Shown here: positions 10,001-19,767 of the stretch, piece after piece | How the letters are laid out: the number at the start of each line of letters is the position of its first letter | How positions within the stretch are numbered: the stretch's first letter is position 1 | Origin: an uncultured bacterium | GTDB lineage: Bacteria > Patescibacteriota > JAHJAL01 | Assembly (NCBI GenBank): GCA_938004065.1 | Contig: CALKWM010000038.1 | Span: 66,466 to 130,465 of the forward strand | Reading direction: 5' to 3' | DNA: 64,000 bases | Notes under the pieces: generated by a model | Seen by the model: only the letters and a program-made list of their open reading frames with translations | What the model was told of the DNA's origin: nothing | Databases searched by the model: none | Position numbers and translations under genes: made by a program

Positions 10001-11621
10001 TTTTTGTTCCCACTACCTGAAATTGAACATTTCCTTTTCTGGAATTATTACTTGTTCTCTGAGTCATGCTCCAACCGCTGCCATCAGTATTTGAAGTTGC
10101 CGTCCAGATCTGATCCTGCAGATTATAAAACTCGCTCCAGGCATAATAGATTTTATCACCTACCACTTGCAGTTGTGGATTGTATTTACTCTGGGGCGTG
10201 GTAGTTGTTCTTTTTATTGAATCCCATTCGCTACCGTCACTATTGGATGACGCTGTCCATATCTGGTACCAACTGTCGTTGTGTTCCATCCAGGTGTAGT
10301 AAATTTTGTTGCCTGCCACCTGAAACTGCGGCTCATATCTCTCATCGGTATTGGTAGTTCTTTGTATTGTCGAGATAGTATTGCCATCCCCCTTTATCCA
10401 GGCTTCTGCTGTCATTTCGTTGGTAAGTTTTAGACTGAGATCATCAGTAATGGACACATAATCGTCTTCAGCAAAGGAAAGAGCGCTATCGCCCAGTTTT
10501 TGACTGGTCGTGTTCCAGGTTGGATCCTGACTGTCTGATCCGCTGGTTGAACCTAGTTGACCGTCATTATTATTGATTGAACTATCATTCACCGTCTGCC
10601 CGCTTGACTCATCAAAATGCCACAAACCAACTGTATTAATATCAGCCGGCAACTCATGATATTTTAATTCAACGCGTGGATCGCTGGTGGTCTGCAGGCG
10701 GTTTTCTTCACCGGCTTGAAACTCCCCCTGCGTGTTATGCACAATCGTCGGATCGATAATGACCGGATATTGCAAATCGGGATCAGAGAGCCAGTTTTTG
10801 TCGATGGTGATGGTGATGACATATCGTAAGGGCGAACCCTCGAGGTCGCCCTGGGCAGGCGCAAGGCCGGCCCGTACAACGGGCAGAATTTCCATCGAAA
10901 TATTTTTTGTTTCATTGCCATTGGAATCATGGGCGATTAATGGCAAGAAATGGGCAATGTAATTGTTTTGCTCGTCGGTAAAATAGTAGGTGCCGACCGG
11001 TAAATCGATCGAACTACCGGGAGCAACTTTATGCAAAATCATCCCTTCGTCGAGATTCAATTCATACAGATAACTATCATATACCGCGCCTTTACTACCA
11101 TTGACGATGATATTTTCTTTGAGACCGGTTTTTTCCAATGGAGATATTTCGACATCGATATCATCGATTACATTTTTGATAATTAATTTATCATTTTTTT
11201 GTGAGTATGATCGGTTGTTGACTACAGCCGATGGATCGATTTCACCTGAATTTATAACTGACTCAACATTGGTTGAATCCATAACATTTACCAGCGCAAA
11301 CTCGATGTCGTATTGTTTTTGACCAAAAATAGCATTGAAAATTTTACCGGTGAGATTGTGTTTCTGGTCGGCAATTGTGGAAAATTTTACTACCTGATCT
11401 TGGCCGGTTGTTTTGTCCCCAATTTCAATATCGATATTTTCTCCGCTATAGCTAAAGTTAGGTTTTTCAAAAAACAGAGTCTGTCTGAAGTTTCCATTTC
11501 CGGCCAGGGTGGCTTTGAGAAGCAGACTGCAAACAACTACCAAAAACATTGAAACGGTCAGGTATTTCAACAATTCCAAAATATGAATTTCTTGTTCTTT
11601 CTTGTATGGTTGATAACCCAT
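1077..11621 (-). CDS. Giant surface protein (3514 aa): N-terminal TM, KE...YPVIIDPT module, multiple LamG-like jellyrolls, two beta-propellers, Ig-like repeats
   Basis: 10.5 kb ORF; hydrophobic N-terminal helix; repeated LamG signatures (GLWHFDE...WHHIAATFDG...IDEVRIS); about 50-aa QIWTA...PQLQVVG blades; about 70-aa YKMWY...RIYYATSxDGLTW blades. Confidence 0.9.
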   Translation of the reverse strand: MGYQPYKKEQEIHILELLKYLTVSMFLVVVCSLLLKATLAGNGNFRQTLFFEKPNFSYSGENIDIEIGDKTTGQDQVVKFSTIADQKHNLTGKIFNAIFGQKQYDIEFALVNVMDSTNVESVINSGEIDPSAVVNNRSYSQKNDKLIIKNVIDDIDVEISPLEKTGLKENIIVNGSKGAVYDSYLYELNLDEGMILHKVAPGSSIDLPVGTYYFTDEQNNYIAHFLPLIAHDSNGNETKNISMEILPVVRAGLAPAQGDLEGSPLRYVITITIDKNWLSDPDLQYPVIIDPTIVHNTQGEFQAGEENRLQTTSDPRVELKYHELPADINTVGLWHFDESSGQTVNDSSINNNDGQLGSTSGSDSQDPTWNTTSQKLGDSALSFAEDDYVSITDDLSLKLTNEMTAEAWIKGDGNTISTIQRTTNTDERYEPQFQVAGNKIYYTWMEHNDSWYQIWTASSNSDGSEWDSIKRTTTTPQSKYNPQLQVVGDKIYYAWSEFYNLQDQIWTATSNTDGSGWSMTQRTSNNSRKGNVQFQVVGTKIYFVWREYTGSYNQIWTATMNTDGTGWSAIQRTTSNYNKEYPQLQVVGDNIYFVWTERSGLFYQIWTATMKTDGSNWSATSRTSGNTSRYYPQQQVIGSKIYYTWYETDGDYQIWSGVVDLISNSWSATKLTDSNYDKTMPQLQVTGNKINYVWQEDDGSNNQIWIAGSDTDSQSFSTTKIIDNSYSKYSPQMQIVGSKFYFFYLQNDGTDDQIWTASYGSNIINKGDFYGLGIVGNTVEGFANGGIDTMKYNASAVSYSNGAMAEGTIDSTSWHHIAATFDGATINTYINGILTGTMTNPMPISTNGTSMTDYPLIIGDSFDGDIDEIKISNRALSPEEIYYDAQLRPYGEYTSDVIDLGINNPNYNSLSWEEYGVRTSDGETLENDQSLVAQWNFNETSGTTASDASGNGHTGTLTNFSSTGSQDAAAGTGWTANNRKWGTGSLMMDGTDDYVTVTHDSNLNPNTDSFSVAAWINLRACRADDYNSPIATKAAGDFDNGYSLLISGYVSDVVDCSPVFNVDTAGGPVYQAISTRKITPGWHYLVGVLDRNDDKVRIFVDGSLIDEQDGPGTTTIDPSNNLEIGRYNRTSRSRYEYFGGVIDSTQIYARALDADEILSNYQAGKIELQTRTGSDDTPEDGGWEEWKPADAGVITQLDDMDVNEENSFVYDWSIQNNSINQKWVKLNNSIPTRSDSSSTDGRIPFGNFTTGDDSGTSGPSVIYENGSYKMWYNGLDGSTGRIYYATSSDGLTWTKYDNTIPSSSNTTSTNGRIPLGTSGRGDSSGLAKGSVIKDGSTYKMWYAGSDGSNLRIYYATSPDGLTWTKYDNTIPSNSNTTSTNGRIPLGTSGRGDSSSVTNPHVIKDGSIYKMWYQGSDGSSARIFQATSPDGLNWTKTDNTIPTSSNQVSTNGRIALGISSGDSVSVFDPHVIKDGSTYKMWYSGASTTVHYRIFYATSIDGQTWVKFNNTTPLTSNSSSTEGRVPLGTSGTGDESWVSYPSVIKTDQGYMMWYRGATSGDSRIYFAQLSAMPYGLNSDESFGIENGKSTKINVGYIQPDEETVGLWHFEETAGSSDYLKDVSGNGYNGTPNGTSISTGYSGQSRYFNGISDNINLSSHISGLEGRNQGTIEMWFKSTAAGPIFSITDKDANTDLAHLYVGSVTSLCDDESISYYLRRGGTNQLGMFVREGHEKYLDGAWHHVVVATGDGDNRIFIDGERKAIENCSFGSVSANEFTNINNPDSIYIGHYDTLGTDLYHTGNIDEVRISDVARTPEEIAEAYRAGASHYLTRSLASPVDLSSNNKLTYYIASDSPGTHINTTVGESPYANGQPDTNTVGLWHLDGDNKDKLTYDLSGTTIRTIDWVEVDPNANKISQNNGIVLSAGTVAAWDSGVISRGTFAREAGKQLYARFRTSTSVAPPNHMMIGWGQNQTSSGSYSTLTHGLYFNGGTFYVYQDGASTGGPYGSGYVANTTYEVRITLLSNGGARYEIKGGVYTNWTTLLATDNAKVNESLRVQIAQYRHTGTFQEISVLDNPIAVDSSGYNHEGRGFETKTTQGKTGNARYFDGIDDYVTVLDSDGLSPSSVTLDAWVKINSYKTSSLIVGKGGEYWFGYDYTSTGCTASRFGFMVYDGDWQCASSSFQPQLDTWYHLTGTLNGSNIYIYVNGQLSGGPVAQGAIVNSTNNFDIGSYSGAPYSYAFNGTIDEVRLSNTIRTAEEIRQAYEIGKRTHMATIDFGASLDSGNLISGSGDTSFTVDATTRGLSQKASNLFIGDKIIVRENYDGTEYIAQGTVNTVNQSTGAVTVFLWDAGGTFPSGGYTANADVFKWQKETFDIFGAMPSHIDAIDELSFRFLDGNQGRTFWIDDIGIVANDGYLTDNTNATITSTPNQYFQYKAILTTTDPDPTPGLGPITLDYEGDLSMTAASTSQSYMNTNNIAAFNIQCNGVTASSTGNTVTCYGSWNQTNWFEIDQTISPLSNATIQDDEDVSSWTGYPLGNGTVTLYARAGESGDYTDTFSFNIEKDVSRPAVTSITSVAGDTSVPYSDGTDNSSTFVVYTASADATSCKWDESDLTYGAMANTCISTTNCTLDLSGEGQKDVYFRCLDIAGNYSDSSYHLTYYIDIDPDIVLLDAGPSSSDRTSLTSDTWFNYSQTGSDDQISFVWTDPSSPSDDYFYYLENDSSVNAISNTNLVGWWNFEDDTITTALDHSGQENHATLYGTSTTSGNLGLARSFNGTSDYLHDNALASSIPGNLTVTGWIKASTIPVYQERIIDLAQAGDAGLQVCIDTSGNILLENSGGPSGVVYGGNATDNNWHHFAVTRSGTTYEFFVDGISKGTTSGSAPTYSQMYFGRRQTGGDFYAGQIDDTKIFTRALSSTEILNEYQIRLTQNNYLDSQTATEGTFYKHIRPINGVDSWGTEYQFIEKYDKTAPTLSASGNSEQWYSINPSITLTTIDNHSGLNYSKYSWDSNDSTCRSSGTNFNNSDSINIPSNGTHVLYLCNQDNVNNQNSWSGIYKLDNTTPDLASIDAGQSSADRTSLTSDQWFGYTDTGSDDQISFSWTDPASPSDDYFYYLENDSSVAAFNESDLAAWWNFENDNTATAWDHSVNNNEGTFNGSTISTGQLGNGRYFDGSDDEIQITDHNTLKPATNLTVSAWFKTEDKSIASQQIISKTRHSGYSLSLSNTQLCFAVSDGYNSYKYACISNAAINNDTWYHVAGTYDGSNVKLYLDGQFQTQTVMTTNIYYMDSVLCIGAEAGTLGNICENYYFKGDIDEAKIYTRTLTDTEINNEYLRRLTTNPYLDNQLVTEGIYYKHIRPFTGADNWGTERQFIEKYDKTNPLVSADNSSDRWYGSNPTITLSTTDTSSGINYSKYSWDSDDSTCRSSGTLFNNLDTINIISNGFHRLYLCNEDNTGGMGSWSGVYKLNTIVPDILAIDSGPSASDRTSFTTAEWFNFFDTGSDDRGSYIWSTPDSP
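1210..3630 (-). repeat. Two ~400-aa tandem LamG+Ig-like units, followed by the start of a third that is cut off by the stop
   Basis: PD(I/L)..(I/L)DAG.SS.DRTSLTSD.WF.Y..TGSDDQISF.WTDP.SPSDDYFYYLENDSS occurs twice; a third copy begins at about 1215 and stops after about 45 aa. Confidence 0.8.
7170..7830 (-). repeat. 210-bp-period internal tandem repeat (propeller blades)
   Basis: TACCACATTTTATA recurs near 7180, 7387, 7597 and 7807; 7461-7570 and 7671-7780 are about 90% identical by eye. Confidence 0.85.
10826..10877. repeat. GTAG-type REP doublet (two inverted GC-rich hairpins) inserted in frame in the 3514-aa gene
   Basis: Plus strand GTAAGGGCGAACCCTCGAGGTCGCCCT abuts a second palindrome reading GTACGGGCCGGCCTTGCGCCTGCCC on the minus strand; encodes VRAGLAPAQGDLEGSPLR, which the paralogous 3739-aa protein lacks. 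Confidence 0.65.
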
Positions 11622-11659
11622 ATATGATAAAAGAATAATATGATTTGAGAAATCTTATT

Positions 11660-11688
11660 ATTGTAGCATATTTATCTTTTTTTTGCAA
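11660..11688 (-). promoter_or_regulatory. sigma70-type promoter TTGCAA-17bp-TACAAT with extended -10 TG
   Basis: Minus strand CCTTGCAAAAAAAAGATAAATATGCTACAAT, about 40 nt upstream of the ATG at 11621; a near-identical copy lies at 50599-50627. Confidence 0.7.
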
Positions 11689-11764
11689 GGTTTTTATGGG
11701 AAAAAACATTTTTTACATTTATGTCATGAAATGGCTTATTGGGTGGGGGTTTTGGGGTGAGTTC

Positions 11765-11797
11765 AAAAAACCCTGAAATAGTTTTTCAGAGTTTTTT
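11765..11797 (-). terminator. Intrinsic (possibly bidirectional) terminator after the 2577-aa gene
   Basis: AAAAAACCCTGAAA-TAGTT-TTTCAGAGTTTTTT inverted repeat with A/T tails. Confidence 0.6.
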
Positions 11798-11847
11798 GCT
11801 ATGTAAACAAAATGAACAACGATTGGAGAGAAAAATGTAAAGTACCA

Positions 11848-11900
11848 AGATCCTGAATCGCTCGAGTATTCGCTTCGCTCATCTCGGGTTCAGGATGACA
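11848..11900 (-). repeat. TGTCATCC-headed REP-like palindrome (copy 1)
   Basis: AGATCCTGAATCGCTCGAGTATTC-GCTTCG-CTCATCTCGGGTTCAGGATGACA; arms identical to the reverse complement of 61496-61560. Confidence 0.8.
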
Positions 11901-11916
11901 ATAGTCTGTGATTTAC

Positions 11917-11944
11917 TTGGAGATTGGATATTGGTACTTGGAAA
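11917..11944. repeat. Degenerate heptamer tandem array (4x TTGGnnn)
   Basis: ttggaga ttggata ttggtac ttggaaa, directly 3' of the stop of the 2577-aa gene. Confidence 0.55.
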
Positions 11945-11949
11945 TTAAC

Positions 11950-14900
11950 TTAGTAACTCGATGTCGCAATATAGATAATCTCGGTCGCGTAGAAACCGGT
12001 AGTGGTAAATGTAGGTGAGAGATTCAATCGATAACCGATTCTGGTTTGTTCTAGGCCCGGTCCGGTGGAACCGGCAACGGGGTAATAATCGGTAGAGAAA
12101 CCGGCCCATTTGTTGCCACCGCCGGAAGTAAATCGATCGGGGTCACCACCTTCCGGAATAGTTGAGTCGGTGGTGGTGTAACCAAAATATCCATTGGAGC
12201 TAGGTACCAGCCAGGTGGTGGGAGAGGTGTTGGTACCGGTGAAATCATTGATATCGGTCGGACCGGAAAGCTTGCCGGTATAGCGAACTACGAGTAGGTA
12301 ACCATTATCCGAATTGGTGTCAACCGTGATATCGTGGGCGGCGATTTTGTTGTCTCCACCGGAGATATTGCCAAAAGGTAGAGTGTTGGGTGAGGTGGTG
12401 GCAAAATTGGTGGCGGAACCATTTACATTGGCTCCACTGGGGACAGCGGCGCGAGACATGTCAAATGTGATAAAGGTAGGAATATTGGCCATAATTTCAA
12501 GACCTTCATTGATATAGACTTTGGCGTCGCGCAGTTCACTCGTGTCGCCGGTACCGTCGGCGGTCGAGTAAATGCCGATATCGACATTGTATGGGCCGAC
12601 TACCGGTGGATTGGTGATTTGATTGGTACCACCCAGTTCAAAGCGCAGTGTGCCGTCGGTGCTATCGAGCTGGCCGGTGAATGGAAATACGACCGAGTTG
12701 TTGACGGTATCGACAATCTCACTGTTTGACCAAGTAATATTGCCACCGGTGGCTTGCACATCGGCGGCGGTTATACCACTAAAATCAAATTCCGGTGCGA
12801 ATACAATTTTTACCGATCCATCGATAGTTGAAGAGGTTATAACGTTGGTGTAGAGTATGTTGCTGGCGCCGGAGGCGTGGCTAGGACGAGGGTCGGACAG
12901 GATCACTTCCAGGGCGGCTTCGGCTTCGGTAATATAGAAAAATCGTGACGTGTCGGAGGTGATTATGGTATCGGCTGCATCATGAACCTCCACTTTGACA
13001 TGAGCGTAGAGTGAAGCGGCTTTGGGAACGATCCATTCATAACTACCATAGATAACCGAACCGCCGGAATGGGAAACGTCACTGGCAATCAACGTCCAAA
13101 TATTACCGGCATCCAAACTGTAGTAAATATCAGCAGTATCGGCGTTACCGCCGTCATTGTAAGTCGTCCATTCGATATCGTGAGTACTGCCCGGTACCCA
13201 GGTTTCACCACCATTGGGCGAAGTGATATTAACGCCATGATTGTCGTAGAGGATGTTACCGGGGTTTTTATACATTTTCCCGGGTGAATAGTCAGATACC
13301 GGATAAGCGCCCCAGGTGTTCTGGTAAGCATCGACGGTGGTACCGCCGGCCGGAGTTTGGAACGGGGAAGAAGTATTGCGAACATAGTAACTGCCGGCAT
13401 CGACATAATTTCCGCGCATTTGTACTCCACTGGCGATATTGCGGCCCAGAACGCCGGTGGTAACGGTATCGATATAGTTGTTATTTAACTCCAAATAGTC
13501 GCTGGCGGAATAGACATAGACCCCGGTGTTAAAATTTTTGATAGTGTTGTAGTCAAAGATCGTACCGGCCACCGGATTGTTGAATACAACCCCATAGTCG
13601 CTGGCGGAATCAAAGGTGTTGTGATGAATACTGGCCCGGGAATTACCAACATATAAACCAAAATTCGTGTAGTTAAAATTATTGTAAGCAATTTCAATCT
13701 CATTGGCAGTCGCGTCTTCCAGCGCCAGTGTGTTGTTTTCTTCGAACAGAAAACTGTCGCCCGGATTACCACCCCCGTAGCGAAAATTGGTATATTTGAC
13801 TGCTCCCGACGGACTGTTCCCGCCACTACCAAGAAAGTGAACCGATTGCCAATCACTTTTGGCCGGCGTGGTGGCATTGCCATCATTGTTAGTGTCACCG
13901 CCAATGGAATCGTCTAAAATTGATGTGAAAGTGATGTTTTCATCGGCGGTACCAGAAGCGTTTAGAGTACCATATACTATCAATTCTGAATTATTAGCAT
14001 TATCCATCTTGATCACCGCGCCCGGCTCGACATTTAACACCGCTCCGTTGGGTACGTTACAATCATATGTATCAATATCTATATAGTAAGGAAATTCTTT
14101 TTGCAAAGTGCGGGTGCCGTCAAAACTGGTGCCCCAGAAATCACACTTGATCTGAATGCCGCTAACGCCACTGTTGGTAACGCTGTTGTCGCCGGTAAAA
14201 GTAATGTTGGTTTCATTATTTGGGTGGGCCAAGTAGATCGCCGCGTTGGTTGTATTGGCAATATTAATGTTAGTCGCGGTCACGTCGGCATTTTCCAGCC
14301 GGATGCCGTAGTAGTTGGAATTCATGATGGTGATATCGGACAATGTCGGCTCAGTGCGGCTGTTAGTGTTATGTCCCTGAATGTCAATCGGGGCGTAGAT
14401 TGATCCTCCTCCTCCGGTGGCGGCGGCGCCGCCATAGTGAAATTCGACGTGGTTGAGACTGCCGGTGGCCACGCCCTGATCAGCCAGAAACCAGATGCCT
14501 CCCCAGTCGCCGGCGGCGGGAGTGGTGGCCGAACCGTCACCATTGGTGTCGCCGCCATGCTCATCGTCATATTGAGAAGTAAAAATTATTGGTTCGTTGG
14601 CGGTGCCGTTGGCCACGATGGTACCATAATTGTAAATAATCCTGTCATAACTAGCATTGAGGCCGGTTTTTATCACTGTGCCCGGTTCGATTGTCCACGT
14701 TACACCATTGTTGACATAAACAGAACCAGCAGTCGAAAAAATATAAGGAAAATCACTTTCCCAGGTAGTATTTCGATTAAAATTCTGGGTATGGCCATAT
14801 CCGATTCCCAGATATACTTCTATGCCATTTATGCCATTATCGGTGGCGGTATTGGTACCGGAAAAACGCACCGCGCTGGCGCTGCCTGGACCGTCCATAA

Positions 14901-17900
14901 ATATGGCGGCGCCGACGTTGTCAACGGCGGTAAAATTATTAACTGGCACGTCGGCATGGTAGATATCCAAACCATGACTGGCCGAGTGCTCAAAAGTAAC
15001 ATTATTAAATTCAGGCTCATCCTGACCGCGATCATTATGTTCGCGAACCCTTACTATTCCTTCATAGCCGGTCACGCCACCATATCGAAAAATGGTATGG
15101 TCCATCGTGCCGGTAGCCACGCCATTTGTGCTGACGAAAGATAAATATGGCCAATCGCCGGCTGCTGGTAAAGTCGCCGATCCGTCATTATTGGTATCAC
15201 CGCCAACCGAATCATCTCTGATAGACGTAAAATAAACAGGTTGATCCGAAGTACCATTGGAATTAAGGGTGCCATATATTTCCATCAAATTAGCCGCACC
15301 GATAGCAAATTTTAAAACCGCACCTTTTTCGATCGTGACTTCAGAGCCATTGTTGACTGTGGGGTGATATGAACCTATACCAACCATATAATAAGGAAGG
15401 TCGTTATAGAAAGTACGGGAGGATAATGTATTACCGCCGAATACATAATTAGCCTGGACTCCATTGATACCATTATTGTCAACTGTGTTTTGTCCTAGAA
15501 ACTCGACTCCAGTATTATCAGCAGAACTTGTTAAGTAGATAGCCGCACTGCCGTTATTGTTAAAATTGGCGTTGCTTATGATCGGATTCGCGCGATACAG
15601 ATATATCCCCTGATCCTGGCTGTATTCAAAAATACAGTTATTAAAAGTCGGTTCCACTTCTCCATAGTTATTGTGATCAATAATATAAACATTGCCATAA
15701 ATGTCTCCACCACCATAACGGAAAGTAGTATAGTCGATCGTTCCAGTGGCTTCTCCGGACTGAGCCTCAAAAGATAATTGATACCAGTCGCCTTTGGCCG
15801 GTAGAGTGGCCGAACCATTGTTGTTAGTGTCACAGGGCTTGTGTTCGATACAATTACCTTCGCTGTCAAACCATTCCGGATGAGTGGAAAAGCCGACTGT
15901 ATCATCTTTGAGAGAGGTAAAATAAACTCGATTTTCCGCTGTCCCCTGACTCAACAGATTGCCATCAATTTGCATTTTGCTATTTGAAGCAAATTTAATA
16001 ATCGTACCTTCTTCTAGGGTTAAATTGACAGAGTCACCCACGAACGGGTAGCTGGCACCTTCGATGATATATGGATAATCATTGGTAAAAGTGGTATCGT
16101 CCCACATTGTTCGAACGTAGTAATTGGGAGTGATACGAATGCCATTGGTGCCACAGTTTTCGATCACGTTTGAACCATCAAGAAGAATATTGGTACGATA
16201 TGGGCCATAGAACTGGATGGCGTCACCGCCCATGTTTTTTATGGTTACATTGGTAGCATTAACGAATACCCGGTCCAAGTACATTCCATCACCACTACCA
16301 TTGATAATTGTTACATGATCAAAGTTTGGATTTTGCTTGTTGTAACTTTCGTGATCATAAAAACGTACAGCATAATTGGCGCTGTATCTGATTTCAGCAT
16401 TATAAATATTGCCCATGCCTTGATAGCTGGCGTTACTACCGCTGAAAAATATAGCGCCATCATAGTTTCCCCATACACCGGGAGTTGGTTGGGTAGTAAA
16501 CCCATCTCGACCGGTGTCGCCGTCGGGAGTTGAGTCGTCATAGATGTGAGTAAAAATCACCGGTCTAGCGTCGGCACCGGTCGGATCGCCAACATTGAGG
16601 GTGCCTTGTACAATTAAACCTTCGCCATTGTTGGCGGTTTCGATGTGTTTTACAATAGTGCCGGGTTGAATAGTGAGGGTATTTCCGGCGGGAACCGTTG
16701 GTTGATTGTCGATACAAACCACGGCTACATCGCCATAATCATCATCCGGTGGCCAGGTGCCGGATACACTTCCGCCCACATAAGTATAATCACACCCCGG
16801 ATCATTACCGCCGGCCGGTCCACAGACGGTACTGCCAGTATCGGAAGCGACATCGGTGGCGCCACCGGGCAATGAACTGGGATCGGTGCAGCGGTCGGAA
16901 TAAGCCATATTCAAGCCGTTTTCGTCAGTCCAGGTGTAGTAACCATCACAGGTATCGTCAATCACCAGATCGGGATTAAATTTATTGGAATAGGAAGCGG
17001 CCCGGGTGCGGACGATTTCATTGTCTAGATTATTGAACATCTTGGACGTCTTGAGATAACCATTAGCTCCCATCATAAACCCCGTTGATGTATGAGCGGA
17101 AATCGGGTCACGGGGGTTCCAGATTGTAAATAAATCATTATCAAATAACTGCCACTCAGCATCGTTTCGATATTCATTATGACCGGCAAACCGGTCGATA
17201 TATTGTCCTTTGCTGTAAGACAAATCAAGATTATAACGAGCGAACCAAACTTGATCTTCGGTTGGTATCTCGGGAACAGGCGTAGTCAAGACATTTCGTG
17301 CTCCGTTGCGGATATCGCTCATGTATATGTAGCTGTTGTCTGCATAAATCTCCAAATCGGTGGCGTTGATAAAAGCACTACAGTTGGGAGTATGTTCACA
17401 TAATTCCGCCGAGTAGGTTTCAATCCGAGATTGAGAATAATTTGATCCACTTGTTTGGACCTTCCCCAGATAAATATCCGGTCCCGGGGGATAATTGGTG
17501 TTACCATTAAAATCGATAGTAGAGGGCATCACACTTTTGTTTTTGAAAATTGTATATATCCAACCATTATCAATATAAAAATTGTGTTCCATGTTGACGT
17601 AATTTGTTGCAATAAATGTTTGTTGAGCACTAGAAACTGCAGACCAGTTATTGTTGCCTAAGTCAGTCGTAGCCCAGTACAAAACATCATTTCTTGTCCC
17701 GCCAACCCAGATATGATAAACCTTGCTTTCTGATGGTATCACTTGCACATAACTGGCTTCGCCAACACCAGCGCCGGTGAGTGAACGAACATAATTTGTG
17801 AAAACCCGATTGGTAGAGGACAAAGTGGCTGTGGAAATATCATATACGGCGGTGACGTGGTTTTGGGTTTGACCCTGCCGCCAGGAAAGATAAATTTTAT

Positions 17901-19683
17901 TGTTATAATAATCCGATCGTAGCATTTGTACATCATTGCTGGTGGTTTGCTGGGTGTTTATAAAAGTACCTTCCGGATCCGAAATATCGGCACTGCCGAT
18001 CCAGACATTGCCGCTGGTGTAATTATTGGTTGCCGAATTATGTACAAAATAAAGCTTGTCGCCGATTTTGAACATATTGGACAAAAGGCCGGCGTAAGAG
18101 CTGGAAAGATTGTACGGTTCCCACGTACCGGCCGAATCCGCCGTACCGGAAAAACCATCAGCATAGCTGTAACTAACTGTGTATTCGGTGTTACCTTCCA
18201 AACCGCCTACTGTGAGTGGCGGCGACCAGTCGGAATAGGTTTGGTAATATGGATCTTCGCCGAGTGTTAGATCGGGCTGGACATAAGCGACAGCATTATC
18301 TTTTGTATTAATAAATTTCAAAGCATAGGTGGTTTGCAAGGGGTCTTGATCTTCTTCCGAGAAATCAATTGTTAGATTGGTACAATCTGAACTGGTGATG
18401 TTCAGAAAGGGTGGGGTTTCTTCGATAGGTAGTCCTCCGGGTTCTTCCGTATTAGGAACTGCATCACCCATTAGCAGATTGGTACAAAAAGTGTGTTGCG
18501 TGGTGCTACCATACCATTTGCTCATGCCAATACGACTTCCTGTGGGAATGTTATAAGGTGGCAGGGTATTGTAGTCAGTACAAGTTACACCTATTGCTCC
18601 GAAACGCTCCTCTCCGATAACACCAAAAAATTCATCATTAGTTGATTGAGTTTTCACGCTAAATGTACCGCATCCGATATTGACATATGAATAATAACCC
18701 GAGGAATTGGTGCTGGCAGTATGTGTAAATGATCCGCTTCCGGAACAACCAGAAGCACTAATTATGACATCTGCGTCCTCAATAGGTTGGCCAGTATTGT
18801 GATCATAAATATATCCCGCTAATCTAATTAGTCCGTATGACACTCCGGCCGTTGGATCGAAAACCACCGGATAATCGGCCTGGGATAGAAATTTTTCATC
18901 AAGCTGATAGATGATTTGTCTGTCATTGTTAATTAGTTCGTATTTAACTTGAGAGAAGTTACCTTTGCGATCTACGAGGGTGGCGGGAGATATTTTCCAG
19001 GAGATGTTTTCCACATTTTGGTTGAAGATAATATCAATACTACCATCCGGCTGAGGTGAAAGTTCACTGTCGCTTGGATAATCTAATTGAAATGCCAAAT
19101 TCGAGAAATCCGGTTTACGGTCAAATATAATCGATTCTTTAATGCGATCATCGTCCAAACGGTACTGTACGGTTATGCTATTGTCAGTTTCGTATAATAC
19201 ATAATCATTTTGAGAAAAGATATCATGAATCTTGTAGTCCGGTTGAATCAAAGACATGGTCAGGAAATTTTGGGGATCGTTTTTCATGGTTAATGAGGTG
19301 GTGATATGGTCCTCTAAGAGATAACTTTCAGTAATAAAATGATCGTTCTCAGCTTTTTGAACGGTGGTATCGGCAAATAAATTCCAAATACTTTTTTCTC
19401 GAGAAGATTTGACAAAAGGATGATTATTTTTCAAATCCTGACTTTGGCTTTTAATTTTGTTTACAGATGTAACAGCGTCAATCAGTTCATCTAACAATAC
19501 ATCTGATGTTGCATTTAAAGTTAGATCACTTTCAGAATTGACACGGTCATCATTAACAATCAGTATATTAGTTTCTCTGGTGTTTATTTTGAAGATGATT
19601 ACAATTATTGATAGTAATACCAGTATCGCCACCGGCCACACTTGTTTGATCATATCCAATCTATTTTTGTTTTGGTTGTTCAT
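11950..19683 (-). CDS. Giant surface protein (2577 aa): TM, KE...YPVVFDPT module, propeller-like region, parallel beta-helix repeats, SPNGGE Ig-like domain, C-terminal WxL/pilin-like domain
   Basis: About five repeats of TIEPGTVIK...GT...P(I/V).FTS..DD..GGDTNxDGxAT.PAxGDW (beta-helix with acidic loops); C-terminus ...VDTNSDNGY...YFGYTTTD...RF...IGYRL...[15 protein letters not shown]. Confidence 0.9.
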   Translation of the reverse strand: MNNQNKNRLDMIKQVWPVAILVLLSIIVIIFKINTRETNILIVNDDRVNSESDLTLNATSDVLLDELIDAVTSVNKIKSQSQDLKNNHPFVKSSREKSIWNLFADTTVQKAENDHFITESYLLEDHITTSLTMKNDPQNFLTMSLIQPDYKIHDIFSQNDYVLYETDNSITVQYRLDDDRIKESIIFDRKPDFSNLAFQLDYPSDSELSPQPDGSIDIIFNQNVENISWKISPATLVDRKGNFSQVKYELINNDRQIIYQLDEKFLSQADYPVVFDPTAGVSYGLIRLAGYIYDHNTGQPIEDADVIISASGCSGSGSFTHTASTNSSGYYSYVNIGCGTFSVKTQSTNDEFFGVIGEERFGAIGVTCTDYNTLPPYNIPTGSRIGMSKWYGSTTQHTFCTNLLMGDAVPNTEEPGGLPIEETPPFLNITSSDCTNLTIDFSEEDQDPLQTTYALKFINTKDNAVAYVQPDLTLGEDPYYQTYSDWSPPLTVGGLEGNTEYTVSYSYADGFSGTADSAGTWEPYNLSSSYAGLLSNMFKIGDKLYFVHNSATNNYTSGNVWIGSADISDPEGTFINTQQTTSNDVQMLRSDYYNNKIYLSWRQGQTQNHVTAVYDISTATLSSTNRVFTNYVRSLTGAGVGEASYVQVIPSESKVYHIWVGGTRNDVLYWATTDLGNNNWSAVSSAQQTFIATNYVNMEHNFYIDNGWIYTIFKNKSVMPSTIDFNGNTNYPPGPDIYLGKVQTSGSNYSQSRIETYSAELCEHTPNCSAFINATDLEIYADNSYIYMSDIRNGARNVLTTPVPEIPTEDQVWFARYNLDLSYSKGQYIDRFAGHNEYRNDAEWQLFDNDLFTIWNPRDPISAHTSTGFMMGANGYLKTSKMFNNLDNEIVRTRAASYSNKFNPDLVIDDTCDGYYTWTDENGLNMAYSDRCTDPSSLPGGATDVASDTGSTVCGPAGGNDPGCDYTYVGGSVSGTWPPDDDYGDVAVVCIDNQPTVPAGNTLTIQPGTIVKHIETANNGEGLIVQGTLNVGDPTGADARPVIFTHIYDDSTPDGDTGRDGFTTQPTPGVWGNYDGAIFFSGSNASYQGMGNIYNAEIRYSANYAVRFYDHESYNKQNPNFDHVTIINGSGDGMYLDRVFVNATNVTIKNMGGDAIQFYGPYRTNILLDGSNVIENCGTNGIRITPNYYVRTMWDDTTFTNDYPYIIEGASYPFVGDSVNLTLEEGTIIKFASNSKMQIDGNLLSQGTAENRVYFTSLKDDTVGFSTHPEWFDSEGNCIEHKPCDTNNNGSATLPAKGDWYQLSFEAQSGEATGTIDYTTFRYGGGDIYGNVYIIDHNNYGEVEPTFNNCIFEYSQDQGIYLYRANPIISNANFNNNGSAAIYLTSSADNTGVEFLGQNTVDNNGINGVQANYVFGGNTLSSRTFYNDLPYYMVGIGSYHPTVNNGSEVTIEKGAVLKFAIGAANLMEIYGTLNSNGTSDQPVYFTSIRDDSVGGDTNNDGSATLPAAGDWPYLSFVSTNGVATGTMDHTIFRYGGVTGYEGIVRVREHNDRGQDEPEFNNVTFEHSASHGLDIYHADVPVNNFTAVDNVGAAIFMDGPGSASAVRFSGTNTATDNGINGIEVYLGIGYGHTQNFNRNTTWESDFPYIFSTAGSVYVNNGVTWTIEPGTVIKTGLNASYDRIIYNYGTIVANGTANEPIIFTSQYDDEHGGDTNGDGSATTPAAGDWGGIWFLADQGVATGSLNHVEFHYGGAAATGGGGSIYAPIDIQGHNTNSRTEPTLSDITIMNSNYYGIRLENADVTATNINIANTTNAAIYLAHPNNETNITFTGDNSVTNSGVSGIQIKCDFWGTSFDGTRTLQKEFPYYIDIDTYDCNVPNGAVLNVEPGAVIKMDNANNSELIVYGTLNASGTADENITFTSILDDSIGGDTNNDGNATTPAKSDWQSVHFLGSGGNSPSGAVKYTNFRYGGGNPGDSFLFEENNTLALEDATANEIEIAYNNFNYTNFGLYVGNSRASIHHNTFDSASDYGVVFNNPVAGTIFDYNTIKNFNTGVYVYSASDYLELNNNYIDTVTTGVLGRNIASGVQMRGNYVDAGSYYVRNTSSPFQTPAGGTTVDAYQNTWGAYPVSDYSPGKMYKNPGNILYDNHGVNITSPNGGETWVPGSTHDIEWTTYNDGGNADTADIYYSLDAGNIWTLIASDVSHSGGSVIYGSYEWIVPKAASLYAHVKVEVHDAADTIITSDTSRFFYITEAEAALEVILSDPRPSHASGASNILYTNVITSSTIDGSVKIVFAPEFDFSGITAADVQATGGNITWSNSEIVDTVNNSVVFPFTGQLDSTDGTLRFELGGTNQITNPPVVGPYNVDIGIYSTADGTGDTSELRDAKVYINEGLEIMANIPTFITFDMSRAAVPSGANVNGSATNFATTSPNTLPFGNISGGDNKIAAHDITVDTNSDNGYLLVVRYTGKLSGPTDINDFTGTNTSPTTWLVPSSNGYFGYTTTDSTIPEGGDPDRFTSGGGNKWAGFSTDYYPVAGSTGPGLEQTRIGYRLNLSPTFTTTGFYATEIIYIATSSY

Positions 19684-19767
19684 TTTGGAAAGGAAATATT
19701 ACTCTTGGAAAAAAATATTTTTATGATTTTATTATATCTCAATTTAATTTCATATTTTTTGCTGCTA

